Positions 48,853-59,175 of a DNA stretch of 64,000 nucleotides are shown one piece after another. A program made the translations under genes and the position numbers. The first letter of the stretch is position 1, and each line of letters opens with the position of its first letter. Location of the stretch: assembly GCA_046344715.1 (NCBI GenBank), contig JBKDKX010000015.1, positions 10,690-74,689 of the forward strand, written 5' to 3'. Source of the DNA: Alphaproteobacteria bacterium. GTDB taxonomy: Bacteria; Pseudomonadota; Alphaproteobacteria; Rickettsiales; SXRF01. The notes beneath the pieces were generated by a model that saw only the letters and a list, made by a program, of their open reading frames with translations, searched no databases and was not told the origin of the DNA.

Positions 48853-49605
48853 TTATAACAAGCGGGTTAAGCGCAACGCTAGTCCATAAGGTAGAAGACA
48901 GAGTAATTTTAGCCACAGCGTAAAACGTTTGGGAAAATGAATCTCAAATCCATTTGACTGTAAACCTGTGGCAATTTCTTTTGCAGCTTGTTCTGGAGTA
49001 ATAATCATTGGCATCGTAAAATCATTCTTGTCAGTGAGTGGTGTACGCACAAATCCGGGGCTTATCAGTTTAACGTCGATATGCTGTGGGCATTCGGCAT
49101 GAAGGCTTTCGGCAAGGTTCGCTATTGCTGCTTTGGTGGCGCTGTAAGGCTGCCCACCCGGCAAACCAATATAACCCGCTACGCTACCGCATAGCGTAAT
49201 TTGCCCGTGCGACTGTTCTTTTAGAATTGGCAGCACGGCGTGAATCACATGGATTGCACCCAGAATATTCACCTCTAGCATGTTACGAGTGATGGTAAGA
49301 TCAAGCGAACTGAGTTTCATGGGCGTATAAGCTGCCGACATGAAAATCACCCGGTCAATACGGCCAACCGCCGCACGAATAGCCTGTGCGGTTCGTGTCG
49401 TCATGTCGCTATCCGTTACATCCAGAGGAAATACCAGTGGTGAACCAGCAAGATCAATTTTTAGATGATCAAGTTCCTCTTTCCGCCGCGCAGAAATTAC
49501 AACACGCGCTCCTGCACCTGCAAGCTCAATCGCAAGTGCTTTGCCGATGCCGCTGCTTGCACCGATGACCCAGATCACTTCGTCTTTGAAGAGTGCTTTT
49601 TTCAT
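48853..49605 (-). CDS. SDR oxidoreductase
   Basis: GASSGIG, YSATK, PGFVRTPLT. Confidence 0.92.
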   Translation of the reverse strand: MKKALFKDEVIWVIGASSGIGKALAIELAGAGARVVISARRKEELDHLKIDLAGSPLVFPLDVTDSDMTTRTAQAIRAAVGRIDRVIFMSAAYTPMKLSSLDLTITRNMLEVNILGAIHVIHAVLPILKEQSHGQITLCGSVAGYIGLPGGQPYSATKAAIANLAESLHAECPQHIDVKLISPGFVRTPLTDKNDFTMPMIITPEQAAKEIATGLQSNGFEIHFPKRFTLWLKLLCLLPYGLALRLTRLL

Positions 49606-50138
49606 GGCTCTTGCTTCTGCATGAAGATAGTGAGTTCGGAGACTGTTATGCCGAATTTCTTTAGGTAGGAGCGGTTGATGAGCACGCCATCGTTCATCTG
49701 CCACATCCAGTCATCAAAACGGATGCGGTAGGTGGTGTCGTCTACAGGCAAATCCATTACATAATTCCAGCGTGCCGCGTTACCTGAAACTGCACCGGTT
49801 GCTTTATCTATAATATCGGCAGCAGTGCCTTCATAGGTTCCATCAGCCAGTTTCTTGATTGTCCACACTCGCTCTTGTTTCTTGCCGTCATAATAAGTGA
49901 ACTTTTCTGTGAGCGTTCCTGTATCGCCTTTCCACGTGCCAACCATATCAATATCGAACTGGCTAACCACGCGTCCACGCCAATCCTGAACAATACCCCA
50001 CGCCTTCACGGGACCATTAAAATATTCCTTGATATCAACTTTTGGAGTGGTTTCTTTATAGAAATCAAGGCTGTTTCCTCCGCAACTACTGAGCATGATG
50101 AGAACTCCAATCAGGGTTATTTTCCGTAGAAATGTCAT
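49602..50138 (-). CDS. DUF3833 lipoprotein
   Basis: LSSC lipobox, YFNG..AWG, FDDWM, KFGI. Confidence 0.88.
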   Translation of the reverse strand: MTFLRKITLIGVLIMLSSCGGNSLDFYKETTPKVDIKEYFNGPVKAWGIVQDWRGRVVSQFDIDMVGTWKGDTGTLTEKFTYYDGKKQERVWTIKKLADGTYEGTAADIIDKATGAVSGNAARWNYVMDLPVDDTTYRIRFDDWMWQMNDGVLINRSYLKKFGITVSELTIFMQKQEP

Positions 50139-51411
50139 GAGAATGATCCTTTGTTTTAATGAAAAGTCGATACATAAGAGCTGCGGCTAACAACTTGATC
50201 ACGCATGGAATCAGAGCATAAGCGATGCTGAGGCTTAGTAATGCGGATGATGAGTTGGATAATGCAGGTGTAAATCCTGCTGCATCAAGCAATGGAAAGG
50301 CTATAGCCGAAGCAAGTGCCAGCGCGGCCTTTGAAAGTAAGGTGAGTATAGAAAATTGTGTAGCTGTGTTGTCTTGCGCGCTGCTTTGGTGAATATTATC
50401 GGCAAGGATAGATGGTGGAAGTGCAAGGTCAGCCCCAAGCGCGATGCCAGAGATCAGACAAATCAGCCCATAAGCAAACACATCTCCTTCATTCAGAAAG
50501 AATGCCCAGACAAAACTGACGATTGCAAGCAAGGTTGCAAATAACCATGCGTGGTATTTACCTCGTTTTTCAGCAAGGCGTTTCCATAGCGGCATGGCGA
50601 GAGCGCCGGAGAGGAAATAGAGTAAAAGAAACAGGCCTAGATAATCTTCTGCATTCAACCTATCTCGTACGAAAAAGATTACTAATATTGCAGGAATGCT
50701 TGATGCAAGAACGCTTAAACCGTATACTAAAAACAAGCGTCGTGTTTTTGCTGGTAGGGCGCTAAGTGTTTGAAATATATTGGACTGCGCTTTAGATGTT
50801 CGCCTAATAACGCTAGAATGTTTTGAGAACCAGCCATAAAAAAACGATAAGGCAAGAAACATAATTACAAAAAGAATGACGGTGAAGGCAGAATAAACGT
50901 ACTCTTCTGGCACTGCTTCTTTAAGCAGCGGGGGCAGGCTCACCGCCAGCAGCAAACCGATGAGGCCGAATGCTTCACGCGTTGCACTGATACGGGTTTG
51001 ATCGGGGCTATGGTTTGTCCATAACGCACCTAGTGATGCAAGATTAATGCTGAGAACGCTAAATGCTGTAACAGCGAGCGCCATCGAAATAGTAAACCAA
51101 GAGACTGCGTATTCATTTTTTGGATGAAACAACGCAAAAATACTGACTACCAGCACCACCGTACTTACCAGCATAACCGTAAATGCCTTATGCGAAAAGC
51201 GATCACTCAGTGTACCAATGATCGGGTCTTGAATGGCGTCGAATAATCGTAAAGCAAGCAGTACAATACCTAGAACAGTAAGGGAAACCCCGTGCTCTGC
51301 CGCATAAAAATCTGGAGCCAGTACATAAAGCGGAAATCCTGCAAATGCGATAGGTAAAGCCAGAAAACCATATTGCATCAAGGCGGTTTTCTGAATGGCT
51401 GCGGTGGTCAT
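50086..51411 (-). CDS. MFS_2/GPH transporter
   Basis: RLFDAIQDP.IG.LSD; multi-TM. Confidence 0.88.
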   Translation of the reverse strand: MTTAAIQKTALMQYGFLALPIAFAGFPLYVLAPDFYAAEHGVSLTVLGIVLLALRLFDAIQDPIIGTLSDRFSHKAFTVMLVSTVVLVVSIFALFHPKNEYAVSWFTISMALAVTAFSVLSINLASLGALWTNHSPDQTRISATREAFGLIGLLLAVSLPPLLKEAVPEEYVYSAFTVILFVIMFLALSFFYGWFSKHSSVIRRTSKAQSNIFQTLSALPAKTRRLFLVYGLSVLASSIPAILVIFFVRDRLNAEDYLGLFLLLYFLSGALAMPLWKRLAEKRGKYHAWLFATLLAIVSFVWAFFLNEGDVFAYGLICLISGIALGADLALPPSILADNIHQSSAQDNTATQFSILTLLSKAALALASAIAFPLLDAAGFTPALSNSSSALLSLSIAYALIPCVIKLLAAALMYRLFIKTKDHSHDISTENNPDWSSHHAQ

Positions 51412-51923
51412 GAATGCCCCAGCAGTGCTTTGCGTAAAGCGGGCTCGGAAGTTTTTTCGTTTAACCAAATATCGAAGAAGAGCTTGCCGAATAGCGGGTC
51501 TTTAACAACACCTATGTGTTCTCCATTATGGTAAAAATCGGTGGTTTTTTTACTAGTAAATAGTGCTGTAAGCTCTGTTCCATCTTTCACGTTTGGAAAA
51601 ATTGCCAGCATCTGTTTGCGCCAATCTTCAAGCATATCATTATCTGAAAAACCTTGTTTTTTTATCTCTTCGGCAGAGCGGTCGGCAATATCAGCTCCCT
51701 CAATCTCGCGGAAATAGCGGATAGAAAGTGCATGTGGTTTTTCGGGATGCCACTGGCCATTTGGCGCATAGAGCGTAGCGTCATAGACATCCCAAAATAC
51801 AACAGACAGCCTGCCTTCACCTACTTTTTTTGCATTAGGAATCTGCTGCATGATTGTTTCAGATGCAAAGGCGGGGGTAGCAAACCAAAATGCCAGAGTT
51901 ATGATAAGAATACTACGCCGCAT
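51408..51923 (-). CDS. chalcone-isomerase-like protein
   Basis: VGEG..FWDVYDA.LY, FFDIWL..TSEP.LR..LLG. Confidence 0.85.
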   Translation of the reverse strand: MRRSILIITLAFWFATPAFASETIMQQIPNAKKVGEGRLSVVFWDVYDATLYAPNGQWHPEKPHALSIRYFREIEGADIADRSAEEIKKQGFSDNDMLEDWRKQMLAIFPNVKDGTELTALFTSKKTTDFYHNGEHIGVVKDPLFGKLFFDIWLNEKTSEPALRKALLGHS

Positions 51924-53073
51924 GCTGCAACTCTACTTGCATCACGTCAGTGCGTCCTACATTGAAACTGGCGATGCAGCATGTGAGATAAAACCGCCAC
52001 ATGCGTATAAATGCATTATCAAAGCCTAAATTTTTTACGTCTGTGAGTTTTGCCTCAAAATTATTTAGCCAGTGCTGTAATGTCAGCGCGTAATCTTTTC
52101 CAAAGCCATAAGAATCAGTCATTCTAAGACCAGCTTTTGCAGCCTCCTGCTTGAAGCGCGTGGGCGATGGCAACATACCTCCTGGGAAGATATAGGTACG
52201 GATCATATCTCCACCGCGGCGATAGCTCTCAAAATATTCATCCTTGATAGTAATGGTCTGGATGACCGCTTTTCCTTTGCTTGCAAGTAATTCCTGCAAT
52301 TTACCAAAATAGGTTGGCCAGTATTTCTCGCCCACTGCCTCGAACATTTCGATGGAAACGATATTGTCGTATTTACCCTGCTGGATACGATAGTCCTCAA
52401 GGGCAATCGTAGCATCTTTTCCCACACGTTTATGGGCGTATTCATGTTGTGCGCTGGAAATGGTTAGTCCTTTAATGGCGTAATCATTTTTCTGAAGTGC
52501 GCGCTCGGCAAATCCACCCCAGCCACAGCCAACCTCCAGCAATGAACCTGAATTCGGCAATCTGCTAAGGATGCGGTCATATTTATTGTGCTGCGCTTTT
52601 ACGAACGGTTGGTCTGACGCCTCAAACAGAGCGGAAGAGTAAGTCATGCTCTCATCAAGCCAAAGTTTATAAAAATCATTTCCAAGATCATAATGCGCCT
52701 GAATATTCTTCTTGCTGCCATTTAGCGTATTACGGGTAAACAGATAGGAAATGCGGGCAGCAATACGCCCAAAAACACCGCCGTAAATATAACTGTTCAG
52801 AGCTTTTTCGTTTTGCAGCCCCATGGTCATGAGTGCCACCAGATCATCGCTATCCCACCAGCCATCGCGGTAGGCTTCTGCAAATCCTGTATCCCCCTTG
52901 CTTGCGAATTGACGAATCACACGCCAGTCATGCAAATGAAGGGTCGCATGTGCGCCCGGCTGTTTGCCATAAAAAGAATATTGTTTACCATCCGGCGTGG
53001 TAACATGCATTGCACCAAACTCGATATGTTCGAGTGATTTTAAGAATTGCATGGTGATAGTTTTTTCTAACAT
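51913..53073 (-). CDS. cfa: cyclopropane-fatty-acid synthase family methyltransferase (UfaM-like)
   Basis: HYDLGNDFY, MTYS, EVGCGWG, SIEMFEAVG, YIFPGG. Confidence 0.93.
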   Translation of the reverse strand: MLEKTITMQFLKSLEHIEFGAMHVTTPDGKQYSFYGKQPGAHATLHLHDWRVIRQFASKGDTGFAEAYRDGWWDSDDLVALMTMGLQNEKALNSYIYGGVFGRIAARISYLFTRNTLNGSKKNIQAHYDLGNDFYKLWLDESMTYSSALFEASDQPFVKAQHNKYDRILSRLPNSGSLLEVGCGWGGFAERALQKNDYAIKGLTISSAQHEYAHKRVGKDATIALEDYRIQQGKYDNIVSIEMFEAVGEKYWPTYFGKLQELLASKGKAVIQTITIKDEYFESYRRGGDMIRTYIFPGGMLPSPTRFKQEAAKAGLRMTDSYGFGKDYALTLQHWLNNFEAKLTDVKNLGFDNAFIRMWRFYLTCCIASFNVGRTDVMQVELQHAA

Positions 53074-53119
53074 ACGTGTTCCTTATCATTTTCTTTCCAA
53101 CCAGTTTTTTGCTTGTATC

Positions 53120-53881
53120 TTACCTTTTGGTAAGGTGACGTGTACTACTTACCTTTTCATCATGCTGCGGCGGTTTTACAATATAGCGTATCCCTTTACC
53201 CACAAGTTTGATAGCCTGCCAGTGAATCAGTGCGATAACCTTTAATGTCACCAGCGGGTGCGACCAGAAGGCGCGCCTGAGAGATGTAGCATTTAGCGGG
53301 CAGAACTTACCTGTAAGTGATGTGATGAGCTGTTTGTTATTCTCCTTATTGAAGTAATCAATCCAGATACCTAGCTGTTCACCCGTAAGTGCAAAACGAA
53401 ATTTGTAGCTGCCTTCGCGCGGCAAAAACGGAGAAACATGAAAGAGTTTATCGGCTTCCAGCCATTCATCTGGCGGGATAGGTGCATGGTCAGCCCGCGC
53501 ACACAGATAGCTATGTTGTTCTCCGAAGGTGTTGTGGACTTCACAAATCGCCGCGCGTAGCTTTTTATCTCCGTCTAGGCAGAGAAAAAAACTCACTGGG
53601 TTGAATACGTAGCCCAGCACACGCGGCATGGTAATTAAGGTAATGTGTTTTATAGATTGATTTAGTCCGTAATCGGCAAGAATTTGTCTTGCCCACGCCT
53701 GAATATCACTGCCATCACGTGCCCCATGGTCCTTTTCATGAAACGAGATCATACGGCTAGGAAGCGGCGTTACAGGCATCGGCAATACAAGATAATATAC
53801 GCCGTAAGTGAATTGGTTAACTTTTGGGAATAACCGCTTATGCATCACTTTAGCAGTGTAAATCTGTGGTGTTAGATCCAT
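53120..53881 (-). CDS. DUF1365 protein (UfaO-like)
   Basis: PRVLGYVFNPVSF, EVHNTFGE, K.FHVSPF, IHWQA. Confidence 0.92.
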   Translation of the reverse strand: MDLTPQIYTAKVMHKRLFPKVNQFTYGVYYLVLPMPVTPLPSRMISFHEKDHGARDGSDIQAWARQILADYGLNQSIKHITLITMPRVLGYVFNPVSFFLCLDGDKKLRAAICEVHNTFGEQHSYLCARADHAPIPPDEWLEADKLFHVSPFLPREGSYKFRFALTGEQLGIWIDYFNKENNKQLITSLTGKFCPLNATSLRRAFWSHPLVTLKVIALIHWQAIKLVGKGIRYIVKPPQHDEKVSSTRHLTKR

Positions 53882-55161
53882 ACGGGCTCAACACCCATCT
53901 GTTTTGCCATAGCCACGCTACTTCCAAGCCCATCTTCATGAAATCCATAACGCTGATACGCCCCGCAGAACCACAATCTATCACGGCCTTGAATGGTTGG
54001 GATTTCTGCTTGTGCGCGTATTGCTGCTTCATCGAATATGGGATGTTCAAAATTTGCCTCGTCATGCACCAGATCTTTCGCAGGCTCACGGCTGGGGTTT
54101 AGCGTTACGATAAGTGGCGTTTTTGTCGCGAGTGGTTGCAGGTTATTCATCCAGTAACTTAAGCTAACATTAGGGTTATCGTCGGTTTTTGTTTCTGATA
54201 AATACACCCAGCTTGCCCATGCGCTTTTGTTTTTCGGCATAAAACTGACATCGCTATGTAGTACCATGCGGTTAGGCTGGTAACTGAATTGCCTAAGTAT
54301 TCGTGTTGCATCGGTAGAGGGATTTTGTAGCATAGCAAGTGCCTGATCTGCATGGCATGCAAATACAACCTGATCGAACAATGTGCTTCTGCCTTGCGTG
54401 TCATAAACCATCACGCCATCTGCCATGCGCTCAACCTTCGTTACACCACAATTAAGCTGAATGCGGTCTTTAAGAGGAGCCATAAGTCGTGCGATATATT
54501 CCTTGCTGCCACCTTGCACCGTATACCATTGCGGTTGGTCGTTTAAAGACAATAAACCATGGTTCTCAAAAAATCGAATAAAGCTGCTGGCAGGAAAATC
54601 AAACATCTGCGCGAGTGGAGTGCTCCAAATACATGCACCCATGGGCAGTAGAAAATACCGCCGATACCAATCGCCCATACCAAGTGCATCAAGACACGCA
54701 CCAAGTGAAATAGAAGGATCTTTCTCAAGATATTCTTTCGCCTGCTTATTAAAGCGGAGTACGTCACGGATCATCCCCCAGAACTGAGGCTTCAGAAGAT
54801 TGCGCTTTTGGGCAAATATATTGCTAAGGTGTTGTGTGCCATATTCCAGCCAACCACCCTCAATACTAGCGCCGAATGACATATCGCTTTTAGCAATCGG
54901 CACATCATAATGTTCAAAAAGCTTGGTGAGCAGTGGGTAATTGCGCTTATTAAATACAATAAAGCCGGTATCGACAGGAATGATTCCATCTGGCGTGAAT
55001 ACATTCACTGTGCGGCTATGTCCGCCGATGGAATTGTTCTTCTCATAGACGGTAATCTCATGGTGTGGATGCAGAATTGATGCCGCACCCATGCCCGATA
55101 TGCCGGTACCAATAATAGCAATGCGTTGTTTTGTAGATTTATTTTTCATGAGAAACACCAT
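53872..55161 (-). CDS. FAD-dependent oxidoreductase (UfaD-like)
   Basis: IGTGISG, VDTGFIVFN, FFENHGLL, YGFHEDG. Confidence 0.92.
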   Translation of the reverse strand: MVFLMKNKSTKQRIAIIGTGISGMGAASILHPHHEITVYEKNNSIGGHSRTVNVFTPDGIIPVDTGFIVFNKRNYPLLTKLFEHYDVPIAKSDMSFGASIEGGWLEYGTQHLSNIFAQKRNLLKPQFWGMIRDVLRFNKQAKEYLEKDPSISLGACLDALGMGDWYRRYFLLPMGACIWSTPLAQMFDFPASSFIRFFENHGLLSLNDQPQWYTVQGGSKEYIARLMAPLKDRIQLNCGVTKVERMADGVMVYDTQGRSTLFDQVVFACHADQALAMLQNPSTDATRILRQFSYQPNRMVLHSDVSFMPKNKSAWASWVYLSETKTDDNPNVSLSYWMNNLQPLATKTPLIVTLNPSREPAKDLVHDEANFEHPIFDEAAIRAQAEIPTIQGRDRLWFCGAYQRYGFHEDGLGSSVAMAKQMGVEPVWI

Positions 55162-55216
55162 GCCGTTTGTCTTCTTTCATCCGCATTGCCTGATACTAAA
55201 CTATTGGTAAGGTTAC

Positions 55217-56215
55217 CTATAGTTTTACCCTAACGCGTAAGCCAGGATGATTATCTTCCAGCGCAATACTTCCCTGATGTAGATCAATAATCGCTTTTGC
55301 CAGGCTAAGTCCAAGCCCGTTTCCTTCTGTGCTACGGCTGGCATCGGAGCGATAAAACCGCCTGAATACCAGTTCTTTTTCTGCATCCGCAATACCTGTG
55401 CCGCGATCGGCGATAATCACCTCGGATGGGGTAGCAGAGATGATCACATCGCTGCCAACGGGCGAGAATTTGATGGAGTTGCTCACGATATTTGCAAACA
55501 TCTGAAACAATAAGTGCCGGTCACCATTGATAGTAATATCAGATGATTTTTTGTGAAGGACTTGAATATTTTTCTCTTCAGCCACAGGCTCAAAAAGTTC
55601 TACCACATCACCCAGTAGCGCATGTAGATCTACTTCTTCAAATGCTTGATAACGCGTGCCCTTTTCGATGTTAGAAATGCGAAGTAATGAGTTGAAAACA
55701 ACCAGTATCTGATCTGCTTCGGTTAGCAAATCTTCCATATCATTCTCATTAACATCGCGCGATTTCATGTCCTCAATTTGATTGCGCAGGTGGGTGAGGG
55801 GGGTGCGCAAATCATGTGCTATATTGTTGCTGACTTCACGAATACCATCCATCAGTGCTTCGTTTCGATCTAAAAAATGATTCAACAGCTGTGCCAAATT
55901 GCTCAAATCATCCCACTTAGTATTTATTTGAATCCGCTGCGATAAATCCCCCGTATCTATAATGTCGCGCGCTGTTTGTGCAATGGTGTTAATACGGTTT
56001 ACCACAAAATGGCTGATAATAAAGCTCACCAGCACTACCAAGGACATCAATACGATGACAATTATGCCGGCGATGGTTGCATGCCCGCTGTCAAACATCA
56101 CATGGCTGACGATTGCCACAGAAACGCCAAGCAGTAGCGTAAATAATACTGCCATTTTGAAGCTGGAGCTTTGCCAGTAGCGCCTAGTAGTTATCTTCGA
56201 TGATATATCCCGCAC
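55217..56215 (-). CDS. HAMP sensor histidine kinase
   Basis: AHDLRTP, NSIKF, GNGLGL; two TMs with a very short loop; start uncertain. Confidence 0.9.
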   Translation of the reverse strand: MRDISSKITTRRYWQSSSFKMAVLFTLLLGVSVAIVSHVMFDSGHATIAGIIVIVLMSLVVLVSFIISHFVVNRINTIAQTARDIIDTGDLSQRIQINTKWDDLSNLAQLLNHFLDRNEALMDGIREVSNNIAHDLRTPLTHLRNQIEDMKSRDVNENDMEDLLTEADQILVVFNSLLRISNIEKGTRYQAFEEVDLHALLGDVVELFEPVAEEKNIQVLHKKSSDITINGDRHLLFQMFANIVSNSIKFSPVGSDVIISATPSEVIIADRGTGIADAEKELVFRRFYRSDASRSTEGNGLGLSLAKAIIDLHQGSIALEDNHPGLRVRVKL

Positions 56216-56864
56216 CGCGCACCGTCTTTATAATTTTGTTGTTTGTATCTCCCAACTTTTTACGCAAGCGACTGATGTGCACATCAATCACGCCTGTTTG
56301 CGGGTCAAAATGATAATCCCAAACTGATTCCAGCAACATCGTGCGTGTGACTACCTGTCCTTTGAATTTGAGTAAATATTCTAGCAGCCGGAATTCTCGC
56401 GTTTGCAGATCTATTACCTTACCTGCGCGTGTGACTTTGCGTGCTAGCAAATCCATTTCCATATCGCCAGCTGTGAGAGTGGTATTTTTACCGGAAGCGG
56501 GGATGTTGCTGCGTTTCCCAAGTGCTTCAACACGCGCCAGCAGCTCAGCAAAGGCGAACGGCTTAACAAGATAATCATCACTGCCCGAGCGAATACCTAT
56601 CACACGGTCATCTACATCCCCAAGCGCGCTTAAAATAAGTACCGGAACCAGATTGCCGCTACCGCGCAATGTCTTAATCAGCGAAAGACCATCCATCTTA
56701 GGTAACATGCGGTCAACTACTAGCACTTCATAGCGTTCTGAGCCCGCGAGGTAGAGTCCTTCCTCGCCGTCATGTGCATGATCCACGCTGTGGCCTGCCT
56801 CTTTCAGTCCCTTTTGTACATAGGCGGCCACTTTGGGGTCGTCTTCAACAATAAGAATGCGCAT
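56184..56864 (-). CDS. OmpR-family response regulator
   Basis: VEDD, DRMLP, KPF, IDVHISRLR, TVRGAGY. Confidence 0.95.
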   Translation of the reverse strand: MRILIVEDDPKVAAYVQKGLKEAGHSVDHAHDGEEGLYLAGSERYEVLVVDRMLPKMDGLSLIKTLRGSGNLVPVLILSALGDVDDRVIGIRSGSDDYLVKPFAFAELLARVEALGKRSNIPASGKNTTLTAGDMEMDLLARKVTRAGKVIDLQTREFRLLEYLLKFKGQVVTRTMLLESVWDYHFDPQTGVIDVHISRLRKKLGDTNNKIIKTVRGAGYIIEDNY

Positions 56865-57052
56865 AAAAACACTAACGTTCGGCTTAATTATGTATCTGAT
56901 TTTCCTTTTTAATTATAAAATCAAGCTGCCGCAAGATCAGATATGCTTGCCTGAGTATTTACTATACTTATATCACTTCGCGTAATTAGTAAAAGTTGTG
57001 CTGTTCTTACAACGTGTTATAAGCGTTTTACACAATCATAAAGTAAAATCTC

Positions 57053-58024
57053 ATGATCGACCCAGCACTCATCACCACCAACCTCACCAGCCCCGCTGTA
57101 CTCTGCTTCGTGATCGGTGCGTTTGCAGCACTGGTGAAAAGTGACCTGCGCGTACCGCCGCAAGTGCACGAAACCATATCCATGTATCTGCTATTTGCAA
57201 TTGGGTTGAAAGGCGGCATTGCCCTTTCTACGACCAGTATCGATGCAGTGTTGTATCCGATAGTAGCTACATTGGCATTGGGCATGATAACGCCGATAAT
57301 TGCGTATATACTCGCGCGGAAATTCGGTAAGCTGGATGTTATTAATGCTGCGGCGTTGGCCGCACATTTTGGCTCAGTATCGGCGGTGACCTTCATGGCA
57401 TCGCTCAATTTTGCTGAACAATCCGGTATTGGCTATGAAGGTTTCCTGACCGCGCTGCTCGTGGTAATGGAAATTCCGGGTATTGTCATTGCTTTGGCGC
57501 TCGCCGGGATGCTTTCCAGTGGAGAAAAGGTGCATCTTGGGCATGTAGTGCAGGAGGCGTTGACGGGAAAAAGCGTGATTCTGCTGGCAGGTGGATTGAT
57601 TGTCGGCTTACTGGGGGATCGTGCTGGAGTGAACGCCATTACCACTGTATTTATCACACCATTTCAGGGCGTACTGGTATTTTTCCTGCTGGAGATGGGC
57701 GTAGTCGCTGCATCGCGACTGAAAGAGGTAAAGTTATCGCTGCCGTTTATGCTGATGTTTGGAACCGCCGTCCCCATGCTTTTCGGAATGCTTGGCGCGG
57801 TTGCTGGTATGTTGGCGGGGCTATCGCAGGGAGGCACAGCTATCCTTGCCACAATGGCAGCGAGTGCTTCTTATATTGCAGCGCCCGCTGCGGTAAAAAT
57901 GGCGTTACCGGACGCAAATCCTGGCCTTTATCTTACCACCGCCATCAGCATCACGCTGCCGTTTAACATCATCATCGGCATACCGCTGTACTTTACGCTG
58001 GCGAAATGGCTGGTGATTACTTGA
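57053..58024 (+). CDS. sbtA: SbtA-family sodium-dependent bicarbonate transporter
   Basis: YLLFAIGLKGG, GSVSAVTF, FLLEMG, ASASYIAAPAA. Confidence 0.9.
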   Translation: MIDPALITTNLTSPAVLCFVIGAFAALVKSDLRVPPQVHETISMYLLFAIGLKGGIALSTTSIDAVLYPIVATLALGMITPIIAYILARKFGKLDVINAAALAAHFGSVSAVTFMASLNFAEQSGIGYEGFLTALLVVMEIPGIVIALALAGMLSSGEKVHLGHVVQEALTGKSVILLAGGLIVGLLGDRAGVNAITTVFITPFQGVLVFFLLEMGVVAASRLKEVKLSLPFMLMFGTAVPMLFGMLGAVAGMLAGLSQGGTAILATMAASASYIAAPAAVKMALPDANPGLYLTTAISITLPFNIIIGIPLYFTLAKWLVIT

Positions 58025-58517
58025 TAATGCTTTTTAGCATCCAGATAGCTTTTTGGTGAATTTGGATACGGGCAATGGCGATATCTTCGGATTCTTCGTC
58101 ATCAATGTCATCGGCCAGTTCTTTGGCAATCTGCGCGGATTTTACCACTGCCTCATGCAGCTTTATCAAGTTATGAATCATCTGATTTGCAGCGGCGTCT
58201 TTGTTTTTTATTTTCAAAATTGGATTGGAGAGCTTCGCCACATTTTCCAGAATGTCACTGTAATGGTTGGGGAGCGCATATGCATCAAGCGCGCGGATAC
58301 GTTCGGCGATTTCATCAATCGCGGCAAATAACTCCGTATATTGCTGCTCAAACAAACCATGCAGGCTGATGAATTTTGGTCCTTCGACATTCCAGTGATA
58401 GTTATGCTTAAGCAGAAAGAGCGCATAGGTGTCCTTGAGCACATTCTGCAACGCATCGGCGACGGTTTGTGTTGCTGGCTGCGGTTTCTTTTTTGCGAGT
58501 GTCTTGCTTGTCATCAT
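58017..58517 (-). CDS. dps: Dps ferritin-like protein
   Basis: HNYHWNV, LH.LFE, DEIAERI, K..WML. Confidence 0.95.
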   Translation of the reverse strand: MMTSKTLAKKKPQPATQTVADALQNVLKDTYALFLLKHNYHWNVEGPKFISLHGLFEQQYTELFAAIDEIAERIRALDAYALPNHYSDILENVAKLSNPILKIKNKDAAANQMIHNLIKLHEAVVKSAQIAKELADDIDDEESEDIAIARIQIHQKAIWMLKSIIK

Positions 58518-58545
58518 CCTTCTCCTTATGTGTGTTGTGTATCTT

Positions 58546-59175
58546 TTATTTTTTGATTTCTATCATTACTTCGTTTCGTCTTAGAAACGGTAGTGTCCAC
58601 GGTGGATTAAAGAAAGCGTACGTGGCTTCCGATAGTGGCTCAAGTTTTTTATCCTTAATGAATGCGTTTAGCTGATGGGTATATTCTTTGAGGCTATCTT
58701 CGCCCGCCATACCCGAAAAACGGATGACCGCAAAACGTTTGCTTGGAACTTCGTGCAACGTTACGGCCTCATTATTAGGCTTTGGTAATGTATCCATTGT
58801 GTAGCTGGCAGGCATCACAAAACGTACTTTCCAACGATTGCCAGTGCCCTCCTGTATGACCGGAGCTGTCATGGCGATTTTTTCGGCAGGTTGCTGAATA
58901 ACCGGAGAGGTCATGGCAACATTTTGTTTCGGCGCGTTATTACCAAAGATATAATCGGCAATCACGCTAAAACCCTGATTAATCGCGTCTGTGCGCTCAC
59001 CGGATACTTCCGCTTCGGCCACAATCATTGGCGCATAGTCACGGATTTGCATATCGCCGTGCGATTCTACCACCTCATATTTCGCCTGTTCGACATTACT
59101 CACAATCGGCCCCCATGCGGCCATACCAACGGCAGCGACACCTGCAATAATCCACCACATATGTTTTTTCCTCAT
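58546..59175 (-). CDS. SOUL heme-binding protein
   Basis: YIFG.N, IAMTAPV, FVMP, PPWTLPFLRRNEV. Confidence 0.92.
   Translation of the reverse strand: MRKKHMWWIIAGVAAVGMAAWGPIVSNVEQAKYEVVESHGDMQIRDYAPMIVAEAEVSGERTDAINQGFSVIADYIFGNNAPKQNVAMTSPVIQQPAEKIAMTAPVIQEGTGNRWKVRFVMPASYTMDTLPKPNNEAVTLHEVPSKRFAVIRFSGMAGEDSLKEYTHQLNAFIKDKKLEPLSEATYAFFNPPWTLPFLRRNEVMIEIKK

Noticed and set aside
56890-56945. Possible sigmaE (TGATC-type) promoter upstream of the response regulator
   Set aside because: Only a partial -35 match with no convincing -10
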